64,000 nt of DNA, taken from positions 69,927 through 133,926 of the forward strand of contig JANNVQ010000040.1 in assembly GCA_031414535.1 (NCBI GenBank), in the 5' to 3' direction. The notes beneath the pieces are model-generated. The model made no database searches. It was not told where the DNA came from and saw nothing but the letters and a program-made list of their open reading frames with translations. The DNA is from Gemmatimonas sp. Lineage in GTDB: Bacteria > Gemmatimonadota > Gemmatimonadetes > Gemmatimonadales > Gemmatimonadaceae. This document shows positions 19,309-30,196 of this stretch, piece by piece (the stretch's first letter is position 1; every line of letters begins with the position of its first letter). Both the position numbers and the translations under genes were made by a program.

Positions 19309-21567
19309 ATGAAGCGAGAGGACGCCCTCGAGTACCACGCGCGCGGACGACCCGGCAAAATTGCCGTCGTGCCGACCAAGCCGCTGACCAATCAGCGCGA
19401 TTTGGGGCTCGCCTACTCGCCTGGCGTGGCCGAGCCCTGCCTCGAGATTAAGAACAACCCCGAGGATGCGTACAAGTACACCGCCAAGGGTAATCTCGTC
19501 GCCGTCGTCACCAACGGCACCGCCGTGCTCGGACTCGGCAACATTGGCGCCCTCGCCGGCAAGCCAGTGATGGAAGGCAAGGGCAACCTCTTCAAGCAGT
19601 TCGCTGACATCGATGTGTTCGATCTCGAGATTGGCTCCGAGGATCCGGACGATGTCATCAAGTTCTGCCAGCTCCTTGAGCCCACCGTGGGCGGCATCAA
19701 TCTCGAGGACATCAAGGCACCGGACTGTTTTTACATCGAAGAGACGCTGCGCCGGACGCTCAAGATTCCGGTCTTTCATGATGACCAACACGGCACGGCC
19801 ATCATCTCCGGCGCGGCACTGCTCAACGCCCTCGAGGTGAGCGGCAAGGACATCACCCAGGTGAAGGTCACGTTCTCCGGCGCCGGTGCGGCGGCCATTT
19901 CCACGGCCGAGCACTACGTCCGCCTCGGCGTGAAGCGCGAGCACATTCTGATGTGCGACCGCAAGGGCGTCATCTACGAAGGCCGCGTCGAGGACATGGA
20001 TCCGTACAAGGCACGCTTCGCCAACGTGACGAGCAAGCGCACAATCGCCGACGCGCTCGATGGCGCTGATGTGTTTGTGGGACTCTCGGTGGCGGGAGCC
20101 GTGAGCGGTGCGATGGTGGCCAAGATGGCGAAAGCGCCCATCATCTTCGCGCTGGCGAATCCCGTGCCTGAGATCTCGCCTGACGAAGTACGCTCGGTGC
20201 GCAGCGATGCCATCATCGCCACCGGACGTTCCGATTATCCGAACCAGGTCAACAACGTCCTTGGCTTTCCCTTCATCTTCCGTGGCGCGCTCGACGCCCG
20301 CGCCACAACCATCAACGAAGAGATGAAGATGGCAGCCACGCGCGCGCTCGCGCAGTTGGCCAAGGACGATGTGCCAGAGAGCGTGAGCGCGCTCTACGGC
20401 CTGAGCAACGTGAAGTTCGGGCCAGAGTACCTCATTCCCTTCCCCTTCGACCCCCGCGCACTACTCACGGTGGCCCCGGCGGTGGCATGGGCAGCCGTGG
20501 CAAGCGGCGTCGCGAAGGATTTTATTGATCTCGACGAATATCGCAATCAGCTCGAGAACCGGCTTGGCCGCGCTCGCGGCGTGATGCGTGGGTTGGTTAC
20601 GCGCGCGTCTCGTGAACCCAAGCGCGTGGTATTCCCAGAGGGCGAAGATCCCAAAATCATTCGCGCCGCGCGCATCCTCTCGGATGACGGCATCGCGCAC
20701 CCCATTTTGCTCGGCCGCAAAGATCGCGTGACCGCAACGGCCGAAGAATTGGGCGTGTCGCTCGACAGCATCCAGGTTGAGGAACCCGGCCTGAGCGCGC
20801 AACGCGAGCGCTACGCGGACTACCTCTGGCAGCGCCGCCAGCGCAAAGGCCTCTCGCTCACCGAAGCCGGCCAGCGCGTCGCGCGAGCCACGACCTTTGG
20901 CTCGGTGATGGTGGCCCTTGGCGACGCCGATGCGCTCGTCGGTGGAGTGGGCAAGCACTATCCCGAGACCATTCGCCCGGCGCTCGAAGTCATTGGCGCG
21001 GACCCGCGCCACGGCATCGTCAGCGGCCTGTATATGCTGGTGTTCGAGAAGCACATCGTCTTCTTCGGCGACACCACGGTGAACATCGAACCGACGTCGG
21101 AGCAGCTCGCGCAGATTGCCTGGTCCGCTGCGTCGTTGGCACGCACGTTTGGCATCTCGCCAAAGATTGCGATGCTCTCGTTCTCCAACTTCGGTTCGGT
21201 CAAGCATCCAGAGTCGGAGAAGGTAGCCCAAGCGGTGCGGATGCTGCGCCTTCGCGACCCATCGCTCGTGGTAGACGGCGAGATGCAGGCCGATACCGCA
21301 TTCAGCGCCGACATTCTCTCGGCGCGCTACCCGTTCTCGGCGCTCAAGGAAGCCGCGAACGTTTTGATTTTCCCCAACCTCAGCGCGGGGAACATCGCGT
21401 ATAAATTGCTTACACAGCTGGGCGGGGCCACGGCGATTGGCCCCATCCTCGTTGGCATGCAACACCCTGTGCACGTTTTGGAACAGGGCGCCGACGTGCA
21501 GGAGATCGTCAACATGGCCGCCGTTGCAGTGATTGATGCGCAGCAACGCTCCCGTCCCACCACCTGA
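19309..21567 (+). CDS. maeB: NADP-dependent malic enzyme (PTA-fused)
   Basis: [27 protein letters not shown]-terminal phosphotransacetylase-like domain. Confidence 0.97.
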   Translation: MKREDALEYHARGRPGKIAVVPTKPLTNQRDLGLAYSPGVAEPCLEIKNNPEDAYKYTAKGNLVAVVTNGTAVLGLGNIGALAGKPVMEGKGNLFKQFADIDVFDLEIGSEDPDDVIKFCQLLEPTVGGINLEDIKAPDCFYIEETLRRTLKIPVFHDDQHGTAIISGAALLNALEVSGKDITQVKVTFSGAGAAAISTAEHYVRLGVKREHILMCDRKGVIYEGRVEDMDPYKARFANVTSKRTIADALDGADVFVGLSVAGAVSGAMVAKMAKAPIIFALANPVPEISPDEVRSVRSDAIIATGRSDYPNQVNNVLGFPFIFRGALDARATTINEEMKMAATRALAQLAKDDVPESVSALYGLSNVKFGPEYLIPFPFDPRALLTVAPAVAWAAVASGVAKDFIDLDEYRNQLENRLGRARGVMRGLVTRASREPKRVVFPEGEDPKIIRAARILSDDGIAHPILLGRKDRVTATAEELGVSLDSIQVEEPGLSAQRERYADYLWQRRQRKGLSLTEAGQRVARATTFGSVMVALGDADALVGGVGKHYPETIRPALEVIGADPRHGIVSGLYMLVFEKHIVFFGDTTVNIEPTSEQLAQIAWSAASLARTFGISPKIAMLSFSNFGSVKHPESEKVAQAVRMLRLRDPSLVVDGEMQADTAFSADILSARYPFSALKEAANVLIFPNLSAGNIAYKLLTQLGGATAIGPILVGMQHPVHVLEQGADVQEIVNMAAVAVIDAQQRSRPTT

Positions 21568-21574
21568 CTTTCCC

Positions 21575-23188
21575 ATGACCACTGCCAACACTGCCCCCTC
21601 GCGCGAGAGCAGCACCGGACTCGGCGCCCAGGGTTTGAACCCCTCCGGCACGCTTCGCTGGAACCTCGAAGCACCCGAACTCGTGCAGGCCGCAATCCTC
21701 AAGGGCGAAGGCGAACTCGCCCACATGGGGCCCTTCGTCGCCGTCACCAAGCCCCACACCGGTCGCTCACCCAACGACAAGTTCGTCGTGAAGGAGCCGA
21801 GCACCGAGAAGGACGTGGATTGGGGCAAAGTGAACCAGCCCCTCACGGAAGCGCACTTTGAGATTTTGCTCGCCGATGTGAAGGCCTATCTCAACGGGCA
21901 GAGCGAGCTCTTTGTGCAGGATCTGTACTGCGGCGCCGACGCGGCCTACCGCCTCTCCTGCCGCTACGTGACGCCCAATGCCTGGCACGCCAACTTCGTC
22001 CGGAACATGTTCATTCGTCCGGACGTCGCGGAACTCGCGAACTTCGCACCGAACTTCGCTATTCTGCACGCACCGGAGTTTCAGGCTGATCCGGCCAAGC
22101 ACGGGACGCGTACGGGCACCTTCATCGTACTGAATCTGGCCAAGCGCACCATTCTCATCGGCGGCACGCGCTACGCGGGCGAGCTCAAGAAGTCGATGTT
22201 CACGGTGATGAACTACCTGCTGCCCAAGCAGGGCGTGCTGTCCATGCACTGCTCGGCGAACATCGGCAAGGATGGCGACACCGCGCTGTTCTTCGGTCTC
22301 TCGGGTACCGGCAAGACCACGCTCTCAGCGGACCCCGAGCGCGGCCTGATTGGCGACGACGAGCACGGCTGGAGCGAGCACGGCGTGTTCAACTTCGAAG
22401 GCGGCTGCTACGCCAAGGTTATCAACCTCTCCAAGGAACACGAGCCCGACATCTACGCCACCACCCAGATGTTTGGTACGGTCCTCGAGAACGTGGTGCT
22501 GGAGCCAGGCACCAAGCGCGTGGACTTCGCCTCGCAGGCAATTACCGAGAACACGCGCGCCTCGTATCCCCTGCACTACATCCGCAATCACGTGCCCAGC
22601 GGCCGCGGCAATCATCCGCAGCACGTGGTGTTCCTGACGGCTGATGCTTTTGGCGTACTACCGCCGATTGCCAAGCTCACGCCCGAGCAGGCGATGTATT
22701 ACTTCCTCTCGGGCTACACGGCCAAGCTGGCCGGCACCGAGCGCGGCGTGACCGAACCGCAGGCCACCTTCTCGGCCTGCTTCGGCGCGGTGTTCCTCGT
22801 GTGGCACCCCACCAAGTACGCCGAGATGCTCGGCGAACTACTCAAGAAGCACAAGGCGCAGGTGTGGCTGGTGAATACCGGATGGAGCGGCGGCGCCTAC
22901 GGGGTTGGCTCGCGAATGAAGCTCCCGTACACGCGTGCCATGGTACGCGCTGCGCTCTCGGGCGACCTCGAGCAGGCTGATACAGTGAAGGATCCGATCT
23001 TCGGATTGCATCTTCCTGTCCACGTGGATGGCGTGCCGAACGAAGTTCTCAACCCGCGCAATACGTGGAAAGACAGCGCGGCGTATGACGCGCAGGCCAA
23101 GAAGCTCGCCGGGATGTTTTTTGAGAACATCAAGAAGTTCGGTGAGGCGGTGTCGGCGGAAATTCTGGCGGCTGGGCCGAAGGGATAA
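21575..23188 (+). CDS. pckA: Phosphoenolpyruvate carboxykinase (ATP)
   Basis: TGRSPNDKF, YAGELKK, GLSGTGKTTLS, IGDDEHGW, NFEGGCYAK. Confidence 0.98.
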   Translation: MTTANTAPSRESSTGLGAQGLNPSGTLRWNLEAPELVQAAILKGEGELAHMGPFVAVTKPHTGRSPNDKFVVKEPSTEKDVDWGKVNQPLTEAHFEILLADVKAYLNGQSELFVQDLYCGADAAYRLSCRYVTPNAWHANFVRNMFIRPDVAELANFAPNFAILHAPEFQADPAKHGTRTGTFIVLNLAKRTILIGGTRYAGELKKSMFTVMNYLLPKQGVLSMHCSANIGKDGDTALFFGLSGTGKTTLSADPERGLIGDDEHGWSEHGVFNFEGGCYAKVINLSKEHEPDIYATTQMFGTVLENVVLEPGTKRVDFASQAITENTRASYPLHYIRNHVPSGRGNHPQHVVFLTADAFGVLPPIAKLTPEQAMYYFLSGYTAKLAGTERGVTEPQATFSACFGAVFLVWHPTKYAEMLGELLKKHKAQVWLVNTGWSGGAYGVGSRMKLPYTRAMVRAALSGDLEQADTVKDPIFGLHLPVHVDGVPNEVLNPRNTWKDSAAYDAQAKKLAGMFFENIKKFGEAVSAEILAAGPKG

Positions 23189-23191
23189 CGG

Positions 23192-23212
23192 GACGGAAGA
23201 CGGATGACGGAA
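23192..23212 (+). repeat. Heptamer tandem repeat (GACGGAW)3 after pckA
   Basis: gacggaa gacggat gacggaa. Confidence 0.7.
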
Positions 23213-23258
23213 GAAGGGGCGGGATTTGGCTGATGTTCGCCAGTCTCGCCCCTTTCGT
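23213..23258 (+). terminator. Intrinsic terminator of maeB-pckA
   Basis: GAAGGGGCGGGA...TCTCGCCCCTTTC stem followed by T-rich run. Confidence 0.6.
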
Positions 23259-23338
23259 TCTCGGTGAAGTTGCACGATTGTCGCTGCACTTTCGCCAGGC
23301 GTTCTATCCGCGCTCAACGCAGGCTGCAGCCAGATGCC

Positions 23339-24457
23339 CTAGCGCTCGACCGGCGAAGCGAGCACCAGCCGATAACTCACACTCCGCCCTCCCGCCGCAT
23401 TCGGAACCAGGACCCCGTACGCCACCAATTCTTTCACGTCCCTCAGCGCCGTATCACTCGAACACTTCGCAATCGTCGCATACTTCGAAGTCGTGAGATT
23501 CCCAACCCAATCTCCAAGCATTCGCGTCAACACGAGTCGCTGGCGCTCGTTGGCGCCGCGCGAATTCACCAGCTCCCAAATCCGCGCGTCGCGCAACACA
23601 CGATCCATCGAGGTATCCGCGCGCGCAAACGAGCGATCCAAGCATCCGAGAAACCACGCAATCCACGACGTGATGTCCACGCCGCCGCGCTGCGCTCGCT
23701 CCAACTGCCGGTAGTACTCCGCGTGCTCGGCCTCAATCTGCGCAGACATACTATAGAACCGCTCGCGTCGCCCATCCGCGCGCGCCAACGCCAAGTCCGC
23801 AATCGCTCGCGCAATGCGCCCGTTGCCATCGTCAAACGGATGAATGGTCACAAACCAAAAATGCGCCACTGCTGCGCGCAGCACGGGGTCCAGCGCCGTC
23901 GGTGAGTTCATCCACTCGAAGAACTTCTCCATCTCACTGTGCACATTCTCCGCCGCGGGAGCTTCAAAGTGCACCCGCGGCTCAGCCGGCGATCCGGACA
24001 CCACCTGCATCGGACCCTGCTCGTCGCTACGCCACGCACCTACGGCGAGGCGGAGGCGCGGTTTACTCCCCACCGGAAACAGCGCCGAATGCCAGTCAAA
24101 CAATCGCTGCGCCGAGAGCGGCTCCGCGTAGCGCTGCGTGGCATCGAGCATCATCTGCACCACACCATCCACCGCGCGACTCGACTCCGACAGTCCTCCC
24201 GCCGCGATGCCAAGGCGGCGCGCTATGGACGATCGCACCTCGGCAGGCGGCAGTTGCTCGCCCTCAATCGCCGAGGACTTCACCACATCACTCGTGAGCG
24301 CGGAGAGTTCTGCCTCCTTGCGCGCCTCCAGTCCAAGCGCGCTCAGGCGACCCACCAGCAGACCCTGCCGATGACGCACGGCCGATAGCTGCCCAGCCAA
24401 GGATTCAGTATCCCAGGTCAGGCGTGGCCACTCTGTGTTGCTATGGATGTAAGTCAT
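23339..24457 (-). CDS. Fic family protein (DUF4172 N-terminus, C-terminal wHTH)
   Basis: Canonical HPFDDGNGRIAR; inhibitory SSAIEGE; N-terminal YIH..EWP; C-terminal TTSKYA..CSSDTALRD. Confidence 0.93.
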   Translation of the reverse strand: MTYIHSNTEWPRLTWDTESLAGQLSAVRHRQGLLVGRLSALGLEARKEAELSALTSDVVKSSAIEGEQLPPAEVRSSIARRLGIAAGGLSESSRAVDGVVQMMLDATQRYAEPLSAQRLFDWHSALFPVGSKPRLRLAVGAWRSDEQGPMQVVSGSPAEPRVHFEAPAAENVHSEMEKFFEWMNSPTALDPVLRAAVAHFWFVTIHPFDDGNGRIARAIADLALARADGRRERFYSMSAQIEAEHAEYYRQLERAQRGGVDITSWIAWFLGCLDRSFARADTSMDRVLRDARIWELVNSRGANERQRLVLTRMLGDWVGNLTTSKYATIAKCSSDTALRDVKELVAYGVLVPNAAGGRSVSYRLVLASPVER

Positions 24458-24556
24458 ATTCACCGCAGGTTATGCGGTGAATATTGCCAGTTGCGGCGAA
24501 TAGGTCAACTAATAACCGCAGATTTTGCGGCGAATAGCAATTCTAGTCGCCGCAAA
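24456..24556. promoter_or_regulatory. Operator-like array TATTCRCCGCA upstream of fic
   Basis: Perfect IR ATATTCACCGCA-ggtta-TGCGGTGAATAT (24456-24484); TGCGGCGAATA at 24492 and 24526; TTGACC -35 on the - strand at 24508-24503. Confidence 0.65.
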
Positions 24557-24601
24557 CGCCGTAACCCATTGTCACTACAATAGATATATTCATCCGCGCA
24601 T

Positions 24602-25819
24602 ATGCCCACTCTCCGCGACCCCCTCTGGAACAACATCCGCATCGAGGGCCCGTACCTCCGGCTCCTCGACTCAGCGCCGTTCCAGCGCCTGCGTTATGTG
24701 CGCCAACTCGGTCTCGCCCACCTCGTGTATCCGGGCGCGACGCACTCGCGATTTGAGCATGCCTTGGGCGCGTATCACTTGGCGCAGGAAACAGTCCGCA
24801 TCCTCCGCGAGACGAGCGTCGCGGAAGGCTTCCGCGAACTCGATGGTCGCATCGTCGGAGCGGCCGCGCTCCTGCACGACATCGGACATTACCCGTTTTC
24901 TCATGCGCTCGAAGAGCTAGGCGTTCCGCATCACGAGACGGTCGCGGGGCCCCTCATCGCCGAAGGACCGGTCGGAGACATTCTCCGCGCCGAGTTCTCC
25001 GCGGACGCCCCAGAGCGCATTCTCGCGCTGGTGCGCGGCGAGAGCATGGAGCCCTTGCAAGGCCTCATCTCCGGCAGCATTGACCTCGACAAAATTGACT
25101 ACCTCAAGCGCGACGCGATGAACTGCGGCGTCTCGTACGGCGAGGTGGATGTGGACCGCCTGCGCCACGCGCTGGTAGTGGTAACGGATCAAGCGACGGG
25201 CCGGCGCGCCGTCGGCCTGCACGAGCGCGGATTGAGCGCGCTGGAGTCACTGCTCTTCGCCAAGTATCAGATGTACCGCAACGTCTACTGGCACCACGCG
25301 GTGCGCTCGGCCACGGCGATGTACAAGCGCCTGGTGGAGGACGCGCTGGGCGACGGCACGCTCGACCCCATGCAACTCGCCAGGTTCACAGACGAGGGCA
25401 TCCTGCACGCCATGGAGACTGGGACGCGGCCGCTGCTCTCGGCGATCCGCGAACGGCGGCTCTTCAAGCGCGCGCTCGAAGTCCCCGCCTTTGCACTCGC
25501 GGAGCACGACCTGGAATGGCTTGCGGACGACCGAGCACGCACGCGCCGAGCCGAGGACGCGCTGGCGGGGCAATTGGGACTCAAGCCGGGCGAGCTCTTG
25601 CTAGACTATCCGCGCAAGGAACGGATGCTCGGTCTCGACCTGCCGCTGCTGAGCAAGAACGGCAATGTGCATCGCCTGACTGACGACGGAATCGCCGGGA
25701 CCCTCAACTTGCCGATTCTCGGTGAGCAGTTGTATCAGTCGGCGCGCTGGCTGCGGGTATTTACGTCGGAGCGTCGTGCGATTCCCTTGGCTTCGGTGAT
25801 GTCTGTCCTGAACGGGTGA
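24602..25819 (+). CDS. HD-domain phosphohydrolase (dNTP triphosphohydrolase-like)
   Basis: FQRLRYVRQLG, HSRFEHALG, LLHDIGHYPFSH, DLDKIDYLKRD, MYRNVYWH. Confidence 0.93.
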   Translation: MPTLRDPLWNNIRIEGPYLRLLDSAPFQRLRYVRQLGLAHLVYPGATHSRFEHALGAYHLAQETVRILRETSVAEGFRELDGRIVGAAALLHDIGHYPFSHALEELGVPHHETVAGPLIAEGPVGDILRAEFSADAPERILALVRGESMEPLQGLISGSIDLDKIDYLKRDAMNCGVSYGEVDVDRLRHALVVVTDQATGRRAVGLHERGLSALESLLFAKYQMYRNVYWHHAVRSATAMYKRLVEDALGDGTLDPMQLARFTDEGILHAMETGTRPLLSAIRERRLFKRALEVPAFALAEHDLEWLADDRARTRRAEDALAGQLGLKPGELLLDYPRKERMLGLDLPLLSKNGNVHRLTDDGIAGTLNLPILGEQLYQSARWLRVFTSERRAIPLASVMSVLNG

Positions 25820-25831
25820 AGCCGTTCGCTT

Positions 25832-26023
25832 TTAAGGTGCAGGCGCCTGCTGCTTGTTCTTCCCGTGCGCTTCGGCGAGCATCTTCCCGATGCCACGGTA
25901 AAAGGCCGCATCGGAACCCCGTCCTTCCTCCGCCATCGAGAGCGCGCAGCGCTCCAACGCGTACAGGATATTGCCGAGGTAGAGCTCAGAAAGCCCCGCG
26001 ACCGTGGTGGGCTGCTCAGCCAC
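25832..26023 (-). CDS. Small hypothetical protein
   Basis: 63 aa, GGAG RBS, overlaps PP2C stop, protein-like composition. Confidence 0.65.
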   Translation of the reverse strand: MAEQPTTVAGLSELYLGNILYALERCALSMAEEGRGSDAAFYRGIGKMLAEAHGKNKQQAPAP

Positions 26024-26768
26024 CGGTATTCTCGAGCCCCATTACCTGTACGACGATGGCGGTGATGTTGTCGAGACCACCGCGGCCATTGGCTTCAGCG
26101 ACCAAGGAATCCACCACACGGCCCGGACCCGAACGTGCCATCAGCAACTGGGCGAGGCGACGATCATCCACCATGCCGGTGAGCCCGTCCGAGCAGAGGA
26201 GGAAAACATCGCCGACCCGCACTTCGCCAGAGTAGATGTCGGACTCCACTTCATCGCTGGCACCCACGCAACGCGTGATCACGTTGCTGTAAGGATGGTA
26301 GCGCGCCTGTTCGGGCGTTAGCAGGCCGGCGTCCACCTGCTCCTGCACGTAGGAGTGGTCCTTGGTAATCTGAACCAAGACCCCGTCGCGATACAGATAC
26401 ACGCGAGAGTCGCCAATCTGGCCAATCAGGTACCCGTGGTCGGAAAGCACCATCACCGAAGCGGTGGTGCCCATACCCTGCTTGTCCGTCTCGGCGAGCA
26501 TGCGCTCGTAGATGGCCTTATTGGCATCCTGCAATGACTTATTGACGAGATCGGCGGCACCGGCATCACGCACCGAGGTCAGCGGCAGGAGGTGCCGGGC
26601 AACGATCTGCACCGCCATCTCGCTCGCCACTTCACCTGCAGCATGACCACCCATTCCATCAGCAACGACGAATACGCCGCGGCGCTCATCGGCCTCGGCG
26701 AAGAAGTTGTCTTCGTTGCCCGAGCGAATGCGGCCGACATCTGTCCCCGCGCCGACGTGAATCTGCAT
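26016..26768 (-). CDS. PP2C-family Ser/Thr protein phosphatase (Stp1-like)
   Basis: GRIRSGNED, VADGMGGH, GMGTT, IGDSRVY, LLCSDGL, GGLDNIT. Confidence 0.95.
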   Translation of the reverse strand: MQIHVGAGTDVGRIRSGNEDNFFAEADERRGVFVVADGMGGHAAGEVASEMAVQIVARHLLPLTSVRDAGAADLVNKSLQDANKAIYERMLAETDKQGMGTTASVMVLSDHGYLIGQIGDSRVYLYRDGVLVQITKDHSYVQEQVDAGLLTPEQARYHPYSNVITRCVGASDEVESDIYSGEVRVGDVFLLCSDGLTGMVDDRRLAQLLMARSGPGRVVDSLVAEANGRGGLDNITAIVVQVMGLENTGG

Positions 26769-26773
26769 AACGG

Positions 26774-28195
26774 TCAGCGTACCGTGGTGACGAGAAACGC
26801 AATCAAACCCGCGCCGGAAGCGGCGAGGGTTAGGAAGATAGCGATTACTGCGCCGCAACCCGACTTCTTTGGGGCCACGGCCTCAGGAATCGTGAACTGC
26901 TTGGGGTTTGCTTGAGCCTTCGCCGCCACACTCTTACGCAGCGCATCGGCATCCACCGCCGTTATGGCTCGGGTGGATCCACCAGCCTCGGCAGCAACCT
27001 GCGCCGCCGGACGGAACGTCATCTTGATGCCACCGAAGCGCAGGTCTGGTGCGCCTTCGATCTTCTGCTCGTCCTGCACGCGGCGCCCGCCTACGTAGGT
27101 GCCGTTGGTCGAACCCTGATCTACGATCCACCAACCGTCACCGCGCTTCTGCAACTTGGCGTGCGAGTCTGAAATAGACTCGTCGCGGATGGCGATGTCG
27201 TTGTGCTCGCCGCGGCCAATGTTGGTGAGGGCCGCATGGAGGTCGAACTTCATCCCCTTGAGGGGCCCTTCCGCCTTGATCTCGAGCGTGGCGAGGGGCG
27301 CCCGGCCAGCGCGCGCCGGAGCGGCGGAGGTCTCGGGGGTAGTCTCTGGAACTGGTGCAGGATCTGGTGCAGGAGCTGGTGCAGGAGCTGGTGCAGGAGC
27401 AGCCGCCTGAGCCGCTGGCACCGGGACTGGTGCTGGTGCCAATGGCGCTGCGGCCGGAGGCGGTGTAACAGGCGCCGCGGCAACTGGTGCAGGCGCGGGC
27501 GTCGAATCTGGAGCCGGCGCAGGAACCGGAGCAGCCTTCGCCACATCCGCGTAAAAGCGAAACTCCTCGGTGCCCATCTTGAGTACGTCGCCGCGTCCCA
27601 GCAGCTGCGTCTGGGCGATTCGCGTCCCGTTCACCCACACGCCGTTGGTGCTATGGTCGGTAAGCACATAGCCGCTGCTGGCTGGCGCAATGCTCGCGTG
27701 CTTGCGCGAGACTTCACTCGAGGCGAGCACGATATCGTTGCCCACTTCGCGGCCCAGCGTGATGCCGGTCTCGGTCACGGTGTACTCACGGCCATCCACT
27801 AGGGACACGAGCCGTCCGCCAGTGGCAGTGGTCGGCTTCTTCGGTGCACTGGACGACTTGGAGGCAGCAACCAGGGCCGCAACATCGGCCGCACTCACGA
27901 AGGCCGTACTGCCCTCCTTCATGTCATCGCCAAGCCGGAGCGTGTGGCCCGCAACCTCAATGCGGTCGCCGTGCAACAGCGGCGAGGGCTCGTTGCCCAA
28001 CTGCACGCCGTTCACCGACACAACCGCGTCCGGGGCGCCGCGCTTCACCACAATGCCCTTCGCGCTCACCGTTACGACCGCACGGGCGCTCGCATCTCCA
28101 CTCGGCAAGCGGACCGTCGCGCCATCAAAGGCGCCGACGGTCACGTCGCCCGCAGGAAGCGGGAATTGCTGGTCGAGAAGCTGCAGATAGGCCAT
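26774..28195 (-). CDS. Membrane-anchored protein with three FHA domains
   Basis: GR..SRKHA..STNG and GR..SDSHA..STNGT FHA motifs plus a degenerate N-terminal FHA; Pro/Ala linker; C-terminal TM. Confidence 0.9.
   Translation of the reverse strand: MAYLQLLDQQFPLPAGDVTVGAFDGATVRLPSGDASARAVVTVSAKGIVVKRGAPDAVVSVNGVQLGNEPSPLLHGDRIEVAGHTLRLGDDMKEGSTAFVSAADVAALVAASKSSSAPKKPTTATGGRLVSLVDGREYTVTETGITLGREVGNDIVLASSEVSRKHASIAPASSGYVLTDHSTNGVWVNGTRIAQTQLLGRGDVLKMGTEEFRFYADVAKAAPVPAPAPDSTPAPAPVAAAPVTPPPAAAPLAPAPVPVPAAQAAAPAPAPAPAPAPDPAPVPETTPETSAAPARAGRAPLATLEIKAEGPLKGMKFDLHAALTNIGRGEHNDIAIRDESISDSHAKLQKRGDGWWIVDQGSTNGTYVGGRRVQDEQKIEGAPDLRFGGIKMTFRPAAQVAAEAGGSTRAITAVDADALRKSVAAKAQANPKQFTIPEAVAPKKSGCGAVIAIFLTLAASGAGLIAFLVTTVR
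27352..27400. repeat. 12-bp tandem repeat encoding Pro-Ala linker
   Basis: (CTGGTGCAGGAG/T)x4. Confidence 0.7.
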
Positions 28196-28251
28196 TCGGG
28201 AAGAAAACTACCGCCTCGTCCAGAGGGTCGGCAAGCGCGCCCACCCCTCTG

Positions 28252-30114
28252 TCACGAAGCGGTGGCGAGTTCGCCCACTTGCAATCGGTACAGTCTCGCA
28301 TACAGCCCGTTCGCGGCCAGGAGACCCCTGTGCGTGCCGCGCTCTCGGACCTCGCCGTGGTGCAGCACAAGAATTTCCGTCGCACGGGTGATTGTGCTGA
28401 GCCGGTGCGCCACGGCGATGGTCGTCCGTCCCTGCATCAAAACGTCCAAGCCCTTCTGAATGGCGGCTTCAACCTCGCTGTCCACCGCGCTGGTCGCTTC
28501 ATCAAGGAGCAGGAGCGCGGGATCCGCGGCGATGGCCCGGGCGAAGCTCAGGAGCTGACGCTCCCCCACGCTGATGGAGCTCCCACGCTCGCCTAGCTTG
28601 TGGCGATATCCATCCGGCAACTTCGCCACCACACGATCTGCACCCACGCGCGCCGCAGCGGCGGCGACCTCGGCATCCGTCAGCGGCGAGGAGAGCCGGA
28701 TGTTGCTGGCGACATCGTCGGCGAAGAGAAAAATGTCCTGCTGTACGTAACCCACCGCTTGCCGTAACGCGGACGCGGACAGCTCGCGAATATCCACGCC
28801 GTCCATCAGGATGCGACCACGCTGAGGCTCGTAGAAGCGTAGCAGCAGGTTGATGATCGTCGTCTTACCGGCGCCGGTGTGCCCAACCAACGCGAGCGTC
28901 TCCCCGGGCCGCACCGTGAAGCTCACACCGCGCAGCACCCACTCGGGCTCGCCGGACGACGCTGCGCCAGATGGCAGGTGGGCGAGGTCATACGCAAACC
29001 AGACATCCTCGAACGTGACGGTGACGCCAGCGCGCTTTGCGGACGGATGACGGATGACGGATGATGCACCGCTTCCGTCATCCGTTATCCGTCCGGAATC
29101 CGGAGCCGGAGGCGTATCCATCAACGTGAAGATCCGCTCCGCGCTCGCCATGGCCTGCTGCAGCGTGTTGTACTTGTCTGAGAGGTCCTGCAGCGGCTGG
29201 TAAAAGCGCCGCGCCAGCTGCAAAAAAGCCGCGAGCGTGCCCACCGTGAGCCCGTTGGCCTCGACGCGCGGCGCCGCGGCCACAATCAGCGCCGCCAATG
29301 CGATGGTGGTGAGGATTTCGATGGCTGGGAAATACAGGGCATACACGGTGACACTGCGGAGATGCGCGCCCAAGTGCGACTGGTTGATCTCGCGAAATCG
29401 CCTTGCTTCATCCAACTCTCGCCCAAACAGCTGCACCACGCGGATGCCGGCAATGCGTTCCTGCAGAAATGCGTTGATGCGAGCGAGGCGAGTGCGAATG
29501 TCCCGGTACTCCGTGCGCACGCGCTTACGGAACACGGTAGACACCCAGAGAATACCCGGCACCACCAAGTACGCGGCAATCGCAAGCCTCCAATCCACCA
29601 CCGCCATCAATACCGTGATGGCCACCAGCGTGAACAGATCGCCAAGGCCCGCAACCACACCGGACGTAAACAGTTCGTTGAGTGACTCCACATCATTGGT
29701 CACGCGGGTGACCAAGCGCCCAACGGGATTGCGATCGAAGTAGGTGACCGGCAGGCGCTGCAAATGCGCGAAGAGCTGGCGGCGCAGATCGTGCATCACG
29801 CGCTGGCCGAGCGTCCCGGTGATAATGGTCTCGGTGTAGCTACCCAGCACCTGTGCCACCAAGGCCACAATTAAAATGATTGTGGATTGCACGATGAGCG
29901 CCGAATCCTTGGCCGGAATCGCGACGTCAATCACGCGGCGCGTCATCATCGGGCCCACGAGTTGCAACGCGCCGAGGGCGACCAACAGGAGCACCGCAGC
30001 CGACACCCGCCCGCGGTAGGGGCGCACGTAGGCCAACAATCGCCTCGCAAGGCGCCCGTCAAAGGCCTTGCCGAGCGCGTCCTCTTCGTTGTTGATCGTG
30101 GCGGGGGCAGTCAC
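28252..30114 (-). CDS. ABC exporter, fused permease/ATP-binding (MsbA/MdlB-like)
   Basis: TM domain, GHTGAGKTT, ISVGERQLL, LLLDEAT; start uncertain. Confidence 0.93.
   Translation of the reverse strand: MTAPATINNEEDALGKAFDGRLARRLLAYVRPYRGRVSAAVLLLVALGALQLVGPMMTRRVIDVAIPAKDSALIVQSTIILIVALVAQVLGSYTETIITGTLGQRVMHDLRRQLFAHLQRLPVTYFDRNPVGRLVTRVTNDVESLNELFTSGVVAGLGDLFTLVAITVLMAVVDWRLAIAAYLVVPGILWVSTVFRKRVRTEYRDIRTRLARINAFLQERIAGIRVVQLFGRELDEARRFREINQSHLGAHLRSVTVYALYFPAIEILTTIALAALIVAAAPRVEANGLTVGTLAAFLQLARRFYQPLQDLSDKYNTLQQAMASAERIFTLMDTPPAPDSGRITDDGSGASSVIRHPSAKRAGVTVTFEDVWFAYDLAHLPSGAASSGEPEWVLRGVSFTVRPGETLALVGHTGAGKTTIINLLLRFYEPQRGRILMDGVDIRELSASALRQAVGYVQQDIFLFADDVASNIRLSSPLTDAEVAAAAARVGADRVVAKLPDGYRHKLGERGSSISVGERQLLSFARAIAADPALLLLDEATSAVDSEVEAAIQKGLDVLMQGRTTIAVAHRLSTITRATEILVLHHGEVRERGTHRGLLAANGLYARLYRLQVGELATAS
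29041..29094. repeat. Inverted pair of (GACGGAT)3 arrays inside the ABC gene linker
   Basis: GGACGGATGACGGATGACGGA ... TCCGTCATCCGTTATCCGTCC, 21-bp stem. Confidence 0.75.
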
Positions 30115-30196
30115 AGTCTTGCAAGGTCGCATCCCCGTCGCGAAGTTCGCCACCCCATGCCTAGCTTTCATCCATGTTGACCGAGAAATTCAACTA

